A stretch of 64,000 nucleotides of DNA from Yuukianura sp. NJ FZ-2021 (lineage: Eukaryota), in contig CM102284.1 in assembly GCA_046563655.1 (NCBI GenBank), positions 5,146,001 through 5,210,000 of the forward strand, written 5' to 3'. Below, piece after piece: positions 13,201-25,254 of the stretch. How positions within the stretch are numbered: position 1 is the stretch's first letter; each line of letters opens with the position of its first letter. The notes beneath the pieces were generated by a model, which was not told where the DNA came from, ran no database searches, and was given only the letters and a program-made list of their open reading frames with translations. The position numbers and the translations under genes were made by a program.

Positions 13201-15991
13201 CTAACTTTTTTAAGGTCTTTTTTACATTTTCTTTTTTTTTAGTTTCGTTGACGCTTCCATCTTAATCTCTACCCACTTTTGGTTTTTCTGTGTAAGATGC
13301 TGAGTCTTCACCAAACCGCGTCGAAAGTAAAAGCTAAACGAACCACGAAACAAGTACATGGACTAACATAGCCTAACCTGAAGGAGTTCGTTCTCTTTGT
13401 GACCTGGCCAAATTGAAATGTCGCACTCCCCTGGTGGATTTATGTGTGTAATTGAGTAAGGTTTCGAAGAGGAAGGAAGGCTCGTAATTTCTGATGCAGG
13501 GCAGAGAGCCCTACTTTCTCCTACTTTACGATCCGAGGAGAAAGGACCCACTTTCCCACTTTTGAGAATAGTGAACCTAACCTAACTTTCGCCTGAACCA
13601 TAACCTAGCTGGCTCCTTTTAAAGGATGACAGTGGACCCCATACTGGGAAGTGTTCTACAATATTGAGCAATGGAGAACTGATCTGGAACGAAAATAAAG
13701 GATGATTCTACTGCACAAAGCTTTTATTACCCCAGTATCTCCATCTTCTCTGGAAAAAAAACCTACGGGGCATGCCTACCAAAGTCTAATAAACTAACCT
13801 AAAAACCTAATAAAGCAAGCTAGACTTTGACAAATTTCAAAAACGTAGACAATACTATGTTCAATGAATCACAAAAAAGCAGAAAACCATGAAAATTTTA
13901 ATGGTTGAATTTCGCTTGAACTGTTTCGGTCCATTTCAAAATTGCAGGCCTCTAGGCTCGCTTTTACCTTTTTCTATAAAACAAAATGTCACGTTCTTCT
14001 TCCAGAAAAAATTGGACAACTTTGTGTCAAATTAAAGACGGAGGCCTCATGTGGAAATACGCCGAAGGGATATCTTTTTCTGGACAAAATTGAAACAGAA
14101 TTGACTTATGGGATTTGCTGGGAGAAAGGACAGGAATCTCAAATTGACAGTGACGTTTCCTGAGGCATGGAACATGGCCTGAGGGCGGACCATGTCAAAT
14201 GTAACAAATGAAAAGTGATATATGACCTTCCTGACCACTGACCATAGTCAGTGTCAAAGTTGACAGACAGATTTACGCTAAAAAGTGTCAAAAATGAAGC
14301 AATAGTGATTTCGCAACTCTTGAAGAAAAAAAGTTGCGAAACCGAACGCACCTTGTTACTCAACTGTCAATTTTGGAACGTTTGTTGAAAGGAATTTGAA
14401 ATAAAAAATTTCCGTTTTTTTTTCACTTTAGGAGAAAATCACTTTTCACTTTGGAATTTCACTTCTCACTTCATGTTTAAAATAGGCGTTTTGGATTTGC
14501 AAGAAAATTTTTGATATTACTAAAATTTCAAATTCTGCACAGTTGTTGTGTGCGAAATTTTGCACTTTGCTACTCACTCACGTCAATCCTAGTAAGTTAC
14601 TGACTACTGGAAGTTTTTCTCTTTTTTTTCCACTTGTTCCATCGTGAGATGTTCCCATCAAACAATTTTCCTCTTCAGAAGATAAACTTCAGTCAGCCGC
14701 AGTCAGTATCAGTTTTTCTGACATGAGTACATTTAGTGTTGCCGTTCCTTCTGAATACCAAAGTCCATCTGCACCAATTACAATGACATGACATATAGCT
14801 ATTGGGGAGCAGAAAAGCACAGACTTCCTGGAAGGCTACAACTTCAAGAAGAGGTTTTTGGCTTTCAAACTATCAAACACGCCAACTTCCAAACCAATTC
14901 TGAACAAGCGCAATATGATCTACTAGTACCTTAATTTTGATTGATTCCTGGAATTGCTTTTACTTCATTTTCATGTTCAGCTTATCGGCTCGCTAACGGC
15001 TTGAGTTCGCACTAGACCTTTACAATAATTTTCAAAGTTGTTGTGAACACGCATGTCGTGTATAATAACCAGTGATTTTCTTGAGAGCTGCTAATGACAG
15101 AGTTGGCGGAAACGCAAATTTTATCCAGGTTGGGCTAACCAAACCTAACTGTACAGGAAAAGGTGAAAGGTTTGGTAAACAGAGTCAAGGCAGGATGTGA
15201 ACTGCCTAGGGCCAAGTACATGCCCCTCAAATTAAACCTGTTTCAAAGTCTTTAACTTATAATGAAACTAGGTTTTCAAAAAGAAAGTTTTACAAGGAAA
15301 AGTTTTCTGTTATAAAAAGTTCTTTTACTTTTAAGAGGAGGAAAACACAATGAACAAGATTCGGAAACACTTTTGCAAATAAGCCTTTTCTGGATGGAAA
15401 ATGGAGAAGAAAGTTTTGAAGTTTCTTTTTCGGCTCAAAAACTGAAAGCGTCAAAGTAATTGGTTTCCAGATTTCATTCCCTCCAGGAACTTTGCCTGTT
15501 CCTTAACAAAATGCCTGCTGCTTTTCCTTTGTTCTAAGTTTTAGTATGAACTGAATGCCAAACAAGGCTGTAACTTCATAATAACTGGAGGCAACAGAAA
15601 CTCAAACGAAATCTTAAAATATAATTAAATGTTGCTCCACATCAATACGTAATGAAGCAGAAGTAAAAAAAACGACAAGTGAAAGCGCATTGTCAGGCAA
15701 ACTTTCTCTTTGCGGAAATCCGAACAGCCGAAATTTGAAATTATTAAAAAATTTCTTCGCAGAGATTTGTTCGGAGATTATTAAGCAACCTTTGGCCCAC
15801 TACAGTAAAAATGCTGTAAAAGAGAAAACAGTTGTTTCTTTTTCTCAAACCAGTAGAAAACATTTTCCGATTTTCAAAATTCCACTAAAACAGTGAACCT
15901 AACATGTTAATCTATTTTTGGTAATAATTTTAGAACATTTTTAATTAATAATTTAACTAAAATATATAATATTTTATCCAAATAGGCTTAC

Positions 15992-16129
15992 CTCGAAGGA
16001 CGTTGAGAAAGCGTGGCGATGAGACAATAGAAACCACAACAAGGAGAAAGTCCGTGACTATCACATGGTGTCAACCGACGGCTTCTGTCGTAAGAACTTC
16101 AATCACAATTTGTCTCCCAGATGCTTCCT
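15992..16129 (-). other. Candidate non-coding (5'-UTR) exon, probably of AstC-R
   Basis: On the minus strand there is a TTTTACAG acceptor and a GAG|GTAAGC donor around a 138-bp segment that is less AT-rich than its flanks. All three frames contain stops. Confidence 0.45.
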
Positions 16130-19100
16130 CTGTAAAAGTACACAACATTAACCAAGTATAGGCGTTTACTTGGATAGGTTATGTTTGAAATCCTTAACAC
16201 AAAGCTTTTGCAAAAGCACAGCCCTTTATTAGGTTTTGCGGATGTGAGACCACAGGCACTTTCTCTTTCTCTGCCGAAATTTCGGAAAGAAAGGAAGGCT
16301 CAAGCTCCAAAGGAAGACAAATTATTATGACTATGATTATGGTTATTCGATATTTTTAGAAAGGATTTCTTCGGGTAGAACTTATGAGATGCATGGTTTA
16401 GACAGAACAGGCAGATTTGGCCTTTCTCGTTCATAAAGTGACGATCCAATGCGTATTTTCTCGTGCAGAAAATTCCATTCTTTCTTAAATTTTATGAAAA
16501 ATACTAACCTAGTAACTGACAAAGAAAATCTAAAATGGAAACAGAAATTGTGAACTCAGCAGAATTTTCTCCATGAGCTGCCATAATTCCTAACATCAAT
16601 ATCACATCCTTTGATGGTGAAAAGATCTGAAATGCTATGCAGACTTTAGCATATGCTAAGAACAGTGAATTTTATGAACATAAAAGAAAACTATAAAGTC
16701 AATAGATCAAAATCTCAATTTTGAAAAGAGCAAAGTCATAAAACGTATTTTTTTAACAAAAAAAAATCTTTAGAAAACTTTCACCTGCTTTCACATCAAG
16801 TTATTTTCTCTTGAGAATTCACATGCAGTGTGATAGAGATTGCAAATTTTTGACCCTAAGAACTTTAGTTTAGAATTTTGAAATTTTTTTTGCTAAATAA
16901 TTTGGTGGTAAAAAAAGAATCTCCTCTTCTTATATTGTGTGCATCGATTTTGAATTCCTAGAAGCATGGTTTGAAAAAAAAATTCCTTTTCACATCTTGC
17001 TCACTTTGACAAATTGCCAATTTTCGTAAGGTGGAGGTGTTAAGAAAGCCAGTTCCACTTTCACACTCCTGCAAGGATATCACTTTCCCTCTTTCTATTT
17101 TTAAGTTTGTTACGTCTCATCTTTCCTGTCACTTTTACGACTCTTTCCAATTTCAAATTCTTCCTCCAAGTTTCTTTTTTTCACTTTTATAACAGCTTTT
17201 GAGTAAAACGTTTCAACCGCTTCAGGTTTTCTTTGAAAATGTATTTTCAAACACACCCGAAACGGATTCAGATGCAACGACAATTCTAAATCTTTGTTTT
17301 TATATAAATAACGATTTCTATGGTTCAAAATTTTGAACATAAAAAACCAATTTTACTTGTCCTGTCGTAAAGTGCTGTTTATGGTTACGAAAATTTACGC
17401 TTTTACGCATTTACATGCGACAGTTGAAAGTATTTTTTGGTTTTAGTGTTCTGAGAATCCTCTTTTTGCTCAAGAAACCGCTTCAAATTTTTTCCCTGGT
17501 AAAAGCGGACGCGGACTGCCATTTCTCATCTGTTTTCAAAAACAAAAATCTCACCCATTTCAATTTTGAAAAACATGGTTGAAGAAGTGCACCTTCGTTC
17601 CTCTGGGAAAGCAAAAGCTTTCAAAAACTAAACCACCATCAGTGTATGTCATATTTTCAAAAAAAAAAAAATCTAAAAAAACTTAAAACCTGAAAAGCTT
17701 AAAAAGCCTAAAAAGGATGGGAATAAAAGAGTAATGTTAAATTCTGTGAAGCCGTAAAAGGAAAACAAAGTTTCTCTTCTTGTCTCCAAAAGCCAGAAAA
17801 ACAGGCTAAATAAAAGATGAGGCACAAAAATGAAGATTTCCCTCAATTTTTGCTTCATGAAAAAATAAACTTTACCGTTAAAATCTTAGATTGTCGCCGT
17901 TCATCCTCGCCTTTCTTGAAAAGAAAAAGCGAAAGAAAGTAAAGGTGAAAGCAGCCAACTTGAAACCGATGAAGCGAAAAGTAACGAACGTGGAAAGTGA
18001 ATCTGAGACACCTTAAATCTAAGCCTACGTTCACTTTTTCTTTCTGAACTTATGACTTGTCGTTTCAATTTACTTAAACTTTAGTGAACAAAGATGGAGA
18101 TAATCTTTCATCATGGCTACTTTCACTTTACTTTTTTTCACTAAAAGTTGGGTTAGATCTTACTTTAGTAATTCCTAGTGGCCATTTTCACTTACGGTTG
18201 GGTTAGGCCACTTTCACTTAAACTTCCATCACAGCTCTCCTACCTGCTGGCTTAGTAAGAACTTAAGCTCCTCCAAATAAAAGTTATCTCCCAGATTTCT
18301 CTGATTACTTTTGGAAAGGCTTAGGAGAGCATTATCTCTTTCCACTTTTTTCTTCATAGTCTACAAAACTAGGAGATGAGATGCAAGAGCTTATAGTACA
18401 TAAGAGCGTAGCAGCAGCTTGTCAGAGTGTAATCTCTTGTACTTGGAAGCAAATATTAGAAAATAAAAATAGAATACGAAGATTTGCGGAAATTTAATTT
18501 ACCACAACTCAACGCTAGGGATTCAACTTAAACGAGTGCGGGATATGACGAGATTGTTGTAATTTTGAAGTGAAAGCCAAATAAACCTTTCTCTGAAATC
18601 AGAACAATAGAAAAATTAACAGATGCACAGCAGTTTTTCAAATCCTGCGTGTACTTTTAATTAAAACCGAAACCCAGAAATTTAGTTTAACTGGTAATGA
18701 ATAGGACTTTAATTAAAAAAGAGCAAGTTTTCAAATTTCAAATCCAAGGATTAAAATCTTGAATTCATAAAATTCAAGCCTAAACCAACAGAAAAAACGA
18801 AATAATTCAAATTCTTGAAAGAAAACACAAACGAAATATCTCACAATCCTGGAAATTTTGCTACAAGAGTTCAGTTTGACTAAGATACAAACTATTTTTG
18901 ATTCCCAGATTTTTTTTTAAATTCGCACTTTTGACTCTACCGCGAAGGTAGAACACTCAAGATGTTTTAATATTCTAGTGGTAAAAGCACTCAAAGGAAA
19001 TTGGCTTTCCGGCCTAATGTAAATTCCGGAGCATTTGAAGTGCCAAATTTCGCGGTTCCTTTCAAAATTAGTCGTGGAGTATTTAGTATTCCAACGGGTG

Positions 19101-22100
19101 TCAAGCGACAGATGGAAAGTGAGAATTAGTCGGGACGACGAAAAATGCTTTGTTACGGGAAAATCCTGGGCTTTCTCCATTTTCATATTTTGGTGGATTT
19201 TGGAGTTTTTGAGTAGAAAGTAGTTTCAACATCCGATTTTTATGGGTTCCCTGCTCCCATGTCCTCCTTTCACTGAGAATTCAATTTCATTGAAAATTCA
19301 AGACTTTACATCACATAAAATCCTATTTCGACTTTCTCATAATTCAGTTTTCTTTTGCTCTCACTCTGAATTCAAAAACTAATTCTAAAAAAGCGAAAAT
19401 CAAATATAGTACTGTACTGTACACTAAAATATTCAAAAATCTGACAAGCAAGACAAGGATTCTGAGGGGAAAACAAACTTTAACAACCACATTTTGAAGG
19501 TCACAACGGAATAAGGTTTCAGATTTAAGAACACAAATTTTTTTTTTTGCAAATTTCAAAAATTTCAAAAAAAAAAACTAAAAAATTCCAGGAATTTTTA
19601 GTTTCAAATTTCAAACCTAGCAATGAGTGTAAGTATGAATTTGGCTAAAACTTTAAAAAGTCTTCAACCTTAAGAAAAACGAAATTTAGGTTAAGCTTGT
19701 CGTTTATCGTTGAACTTATTTGAACAGTTTTTTTTTTAAAATTCGTGTTTGAAATTCAATACTATTAGCCTCTCAAACTTTTTCAACTACCAACGTGGTT
19801 TTCGATAAAAGTGGATGTCTGTAACATTTCGAAATTTCTTTGAAAATGTGAAGTTTGAAGATCCAAATTAGAAAGAGCTAATTGGCATTGCGCAAAATTA
19901 GAAAGTAAATTGCAGTGAAGTTGGGTTGAAAAAAAAAGTGGAAAACGAAATTGAATTCCATTTCTCTAGGTCTGTCACAGCTTATTTCGAAAATTGGTAG
20001 AATTAAAACGGAAAGTCACAAAATAGACACTCAGAATAATTGAGAAAATGAAATGGAATTTATTCCCTAACCTAGCTTAACCTAATTCCCAAAAGTGAAA
20101 GTGAACTGACGAGAAATTTCACAATGCCAAAATTAGATTTACCAAAATTCATTCAAATTAAACTCAACATGTAGAATTTTCAAAATCTCTTTTGTCGTTT
20201 TCGGATTTCTTCAACAAAATCCTGAAGTTTGAAAAGTTCAACAAACTTTCTGTTCTAAGATTGTTTAAATTGTTTAAGGTTTAAATAGTTTAAAGCATGG
20301 GAGACATGAATCAATCATTTTCCTTTCCTACTGTGCGAATACATTTTTAAAACAAAATTCTGCACAAAATCTGACAGACTGCACAAGAACAGCACGGCTA
20401 TTATTTAGTTTAGTTTATTTTCTTAATTGCTGCAATTATTTACTTTGCCGTCGACGGTAGTACACAATCAGCAAGCCTCATGTCAGTTTTCCGCCAAAAA
20501 ATTTTTGAGCACAAAACAACCCTCTCAAATTTTATGGGTCATAAGTTCCTTTGTCTTTTTTCGGAAGACTCAGACCTTAAGTCATAAACGAAACATTAAC
20601 AAGTGCTAAAGCAGCTTTCGTCCTGAGTAAAGTGCGCACGATTACACCGAATTCCTTAACTTTACTCCCCACCCCTCTCTCCCCCTCTACGTAAACCTAA
20701 AACTGTTTATTATTTTCTATCCCAAATGCCTACACGATACTTAAGATTTACGAGGAGCTTGTAGTCTTTCCAATGTTAGCTCCAATTTCTCTCCATAAAT
20801 TCCAGTCAACTGAACATCATCTTTCCCCTCGACACTTTCGGGGTGCTAAAATTCACACTTTCCCACTTCCGACATTTATCCATTCATTCAGTGCCAAAGT
20901 TTGATCTAGAAATGATAGACAGGAACAAGTGCCTCTCACCACATCGCTCAACCATAAACTGCACTTTACAATTTGACATTAGGTTGCAAAATTTCGCAGC
21001 TTATGTTATACTAACTTAAACTTACGACCTAACTTATACTTCAAAAAGCTTCCCGCGCTATTACTTAAGTTTTGGAATAAACAGAAGTTTGTTACTGCAC
21101 AGGCTACTTAGGTTAGTAGGTTTCTCAAACTTCAAATTTTGACAAGTGAAAGTGAAAACTTAAACAAAGCTAAGTTTCTGACAAGTTCCAAGAAAATGTT
21201 TCCAAAGAGCTTCAGCAGCTGAAAAATCATGTCAAGAGAAGGCTCATTAAAAACAGATTCGAAAATTTAAAGTATCAGAGTTACAGGAATACGTTGGAGA
21301 GCTATTTGCCTAACCTTTTACATTTTATATAAACTATCTCGTTCTAAAACTAAAGCATAGTTAGGCTTCTCCTTCTGAAGTGACATAATAAAAATAATAA
21401 TAATACTAAAACTGAGTTTGTATAAAAAGAAAAGACCACCAAAGCATTTTCCCTTCATCACAAGACTGGTAGATGAAGAGGAAACCATAGGAAAAAGAGT
21501 AGAGAAGAAAAAAGTCTGGGAAATAAAATGAGATGAAACGGAATACCAAAAAGAGAAGAAAAAAGTTCAGATTTCAGAAAATTCGCAAATTTTTTCTTGC
21601 TTTTTTCTTTTTCAGAGAAAGGAAAAAAGTGAACTGAACTGAACAAAAGTCTTCCTCCAAATCCAAAAAGCTCAAAAGGAAGTTTTTTCCCGTTATTTTC
21701 TTTTCTTCAGTGAAAGTCACAAAGGCTTTTTCGGCTTAGCAGTAATGTGGCATGTGGGCATAATGATGAAAACTTGTGTTTCAGATCTGGGCATCTAAAA
21801 TCTAATTAGACTTAGTATAGTATAGTGTAGCCTAATGTTTTTCCATTTCCTTTTTCTTTTTAAAAACAAAAAATAAAAAAAAAGCGTTTCTGAAGCAATC
21901 ATTTTCATTTCGTGTGACGTGCTAGCATGTTCAAAGTAAAAGCAAAAGAGAAAGTTAATGAACGACTTTTTCGGAGAAACATTGAAGGTTTTCAGAAAAT
22001 CAATTAAACTCAAAAGCGGAGAAAATACTAAAAAAAATGAAAGGTTGATTCCTTCGCAGCAGGTCAATAGCGCGAAAACAATAAGTGCGAATTCAGCAAA

Positions 22101-24020
22101 CTGGCAAACGTGGAACTGATCCTTATTGGAGTGTAAGGTTAGGCTTGTTAAAATCCTGAGTTAGGTTTCATCGGAATATAGATTTACTGTTGCCAACTTG
22201 TGGAATTCGCGTTTATTGTTCGTGCGCTTGTGACCTGGAAACGATTCTTCCAGATGGTGATGGAGCGAGCGTTGTTGGTGTGTTAATCAATGCTTTGAAA
22301 AATGTTGCAAAGTAAAACTTTTTCAACAAAATTGTTTTTCAAAACAAGAGAAAATTAATTAGGATAGTTAAATTGTTCCTGTTTTTTTTTCTTTTTTGTG
22401 TAAAAGTTTATTCAATTATTAGAAATCTTCCGTTGTTACTTTCCTTTTGTTTTGTCTACAAATTTGGATCCCTGTCACTAACAGCCGTCTGACCCTAATT
22501 TCTATTAGGAATATCACAAATTCCGAGTAAATCAAGAAGTTAAGAGGTAAACAACATAGTAGTGGCTGGTGTGATGATTGTAATTTCAAAGAAAAAGGCA
22601 CTGAGCCAAATTTCCTTGTTAACTTTGAAGTGAAGTTTAAACAAAGTCTGTCAAAAGAAAATTCTCAAATTAATTTTGAAAGGAAAGTGTCAGTTTCTAA
22701 CTGCGTACTTGAAGTAGTACGAAGAGTGTTGGACGGAAAACGTCTTGCCATTGTAATTTCCTCCACTTTGAAAGTAACCAAACTGGTTCAAATTTTGCCT
22801 CAATTTCAGAAATTTTGTCATTTTTAAAACATATTTCCAAAACACAGATTTTTTTTTCATATGATAAATCCAAAACGACGCTCACGAAACTGAGAAAGTA
22901 AGTTTACTTAACTTGACGAAATGCTCGAATTAAATCTTCAAATTTTGAATCATGAAAATCCTCAATGTTTAAAAGCTACTCGAGTCAACTGCTTTTGTGA
23001 GGAAATCCTCAAATGTGAAAGTGAATCTATTATGCAGTGGCCTTACTTTACTTTAACTTCGTAAGTCGTTACGACAAGTTTTGGAAAATAAACATGCCTG
23101 CTGTGAGTATGTCCAAAATGCCTGTAGTTGTGCTGCATCAATATTACCCCCAAGGGGTTAAACACGACCTTAAAAACCTCCACAGCATCGTACTGATGAA
23201 CTGCATTATCCGACGCTCCGCGAATCGCTGCGTCGAGGTCAATTTGTTTCTAGTTGTAAAACTGAGCGCTTGATTCAAGGTTTCTCAAATTAAAGCTTTA
23301 TCCTAGAAAGTTGATGTTGATGACGGTGGGACTTACAACACTGATTGCAAACAAGTCGTTGTTGCCACACACTAATTGACAACGTAAGTCCAGTGGGAGT
23401 TATCGGACTAGTGGAGCCACTACTAGCATTGGTGGCTCCACTTTCAGTCCCACCAGCACTACGTCCTAACTTCCAACCATATGCCACTCCATAAACAAGA
23501 TGAATGGCTCAACGCGTGTTTTAAACTTCACATTTGAGAAAACATAGATACAAAGTCCAGTTTCCTTTTTAGCAAAAAAATGGCAAAGAGAAAAAAGAAA
23601 ACTAAAAAGCATGGAGTTCAAAAAAAAAAGAATAAAAAAAACTTTCACTTTTTTTGCCAAAGTTAATTTCAGTTTGAGAAATGTTCTTTCAAAATTCTTA
23701 TAGTCGAAAATGAGACCGTAATACCGGAAGATCACATGAAAATTTTGTTCACAAACTAGAATCTGAGGTTCCAATTTTTTTTTCAGAAAAGATGAAAGAA
23801 TTTTTTGAAAAGTAGAAAGATACTCCCAGGATATCCTTTCCTATTCATGCATAGTTAATTTCTAAAAAAAAATTGGAGCTTTTGATACCCTGCTCATACA
23901 ATGTCACCATGAAATTCGAATTCGGTTTACAGCGAACCTTCTTTTCAAAACTTTTTCGTAACAACTTTTGAAAAAGAGAAAGCTGCAGAAATAATAAATG
24001 GGTGGATTAGTTTCTCTTAC

Positions 24021-24166
24021 CTTGCTTCAGGCTATGTTGGTGGGAAGAGGGATGAAGATGCTTCAGAGAACTGGAGATTCTTGATTCTTCTTAATACCCG
24101 GGATTTAAAATGTTTTTACAAAAAATGTCCGAAAGCGAAAAACAGGTTCAGTCACGCTGACGCACT
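24021..24166 (-). other. Candidate first non-coding exon of AstC-R
   Basis: Strong AAG|GTAAGA donor at 24020 and an Inr-like TTAGT near 24166 on the minus strand. The link to AstC-R is inferred only. Confidence 0.3.
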
Positions 24167-25254
24167 AAAAGTTTCAAACAGTTTGATAAAAAAATAAACT
24201 TTGTAGGAATAAATTAAAACTAACCGGAACTACAAATTTAATTACAATGTGAATTAAAATTACTGCTGAAACTAACGGTTGTGGTTGGTGAAAGTTAGGT
24301 GAAAGTTGGCTAGCTTTGGGATACACAAGTTTTTTATCGGCAAATATTTCAAAATTGTGAAACAAAAATTTCAAGACAGACGTCCGAAAATGAAATTGCT
24401 AAATAAAATTTGGTCAAATTTTGAAAATCGAAAGATTCGAATTTGAAAATGAGATGCAATTGGTCGATTACTGCTGTGAGATTTCAATTTTCTGCAGATG
24501 AGTTTTTTAGTTCTTGATTCCTGAGAGTCTAGTCTGCGACTGAGAGATACACAAAGAGTTTTCAAATGTTCAGAAAAGAACCCAAAGGCGGGTAGCATCC
24601 TGGACGCTCTCCGGGAATCAGGCCAATCCGGCAAACTGGGAGCTTTCTCCAGCCATCCGAATTTCGGATGAGAGTTGGAACGTTGGAAAACCACCCGGGA
24701 AAGTGAAATGTTGAAGATAGAGAAAAGGCTGAGCCGAATAGTCCCTATGCGGTCATTTACGTTACGCTGTCACCAACTTGACAAATTAGCGCACTTACCC
24801 CCATTGAATCAGCCAACACTGAAGGAACTGCTGCTGGACCAGTCGACCAAGATTGGAGGCCTAATTTATGGTCCACCTCTTCATCGGCTGAACAGCGCTT
24901 CATTAGGTCCAACTCTCGACAAAATCAAGATGGAACATCCAACATCACAGAACAAAAAAAGTTGTACCAGAGGGAGAAATAATTTCAGAAGAAAAGACAG
25001 TATCGAATCAGAAAAGCGACAGGAAACAGATTATATTCGGAGGGTTTATCATTAGATGAACAAGAAGCTTTGACCTAGACAATTCACAGACGCTGAATTA
25101 AGTCTAGAGGAAACTAAAACAAAAAATTCATGTTATTAAAATAAAGATTTATTTTGGAAACACTGAAAATAAAGTTTTTCTGAGAGTTTTGTAAACCGGT
25201 ACTTTGTAATTTAGATACGGTAAGATGCGTTTAGCGTGCTAGCTTTCACGGTCA

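Noticed and set aside
14100-14370. Cluster of TGACA/TGTCA motifs
   Set aside because: The motif is short and common throughout the window (also ~60310-60390 and ~61925-61955), so enrichment cannot be supported without statistics.
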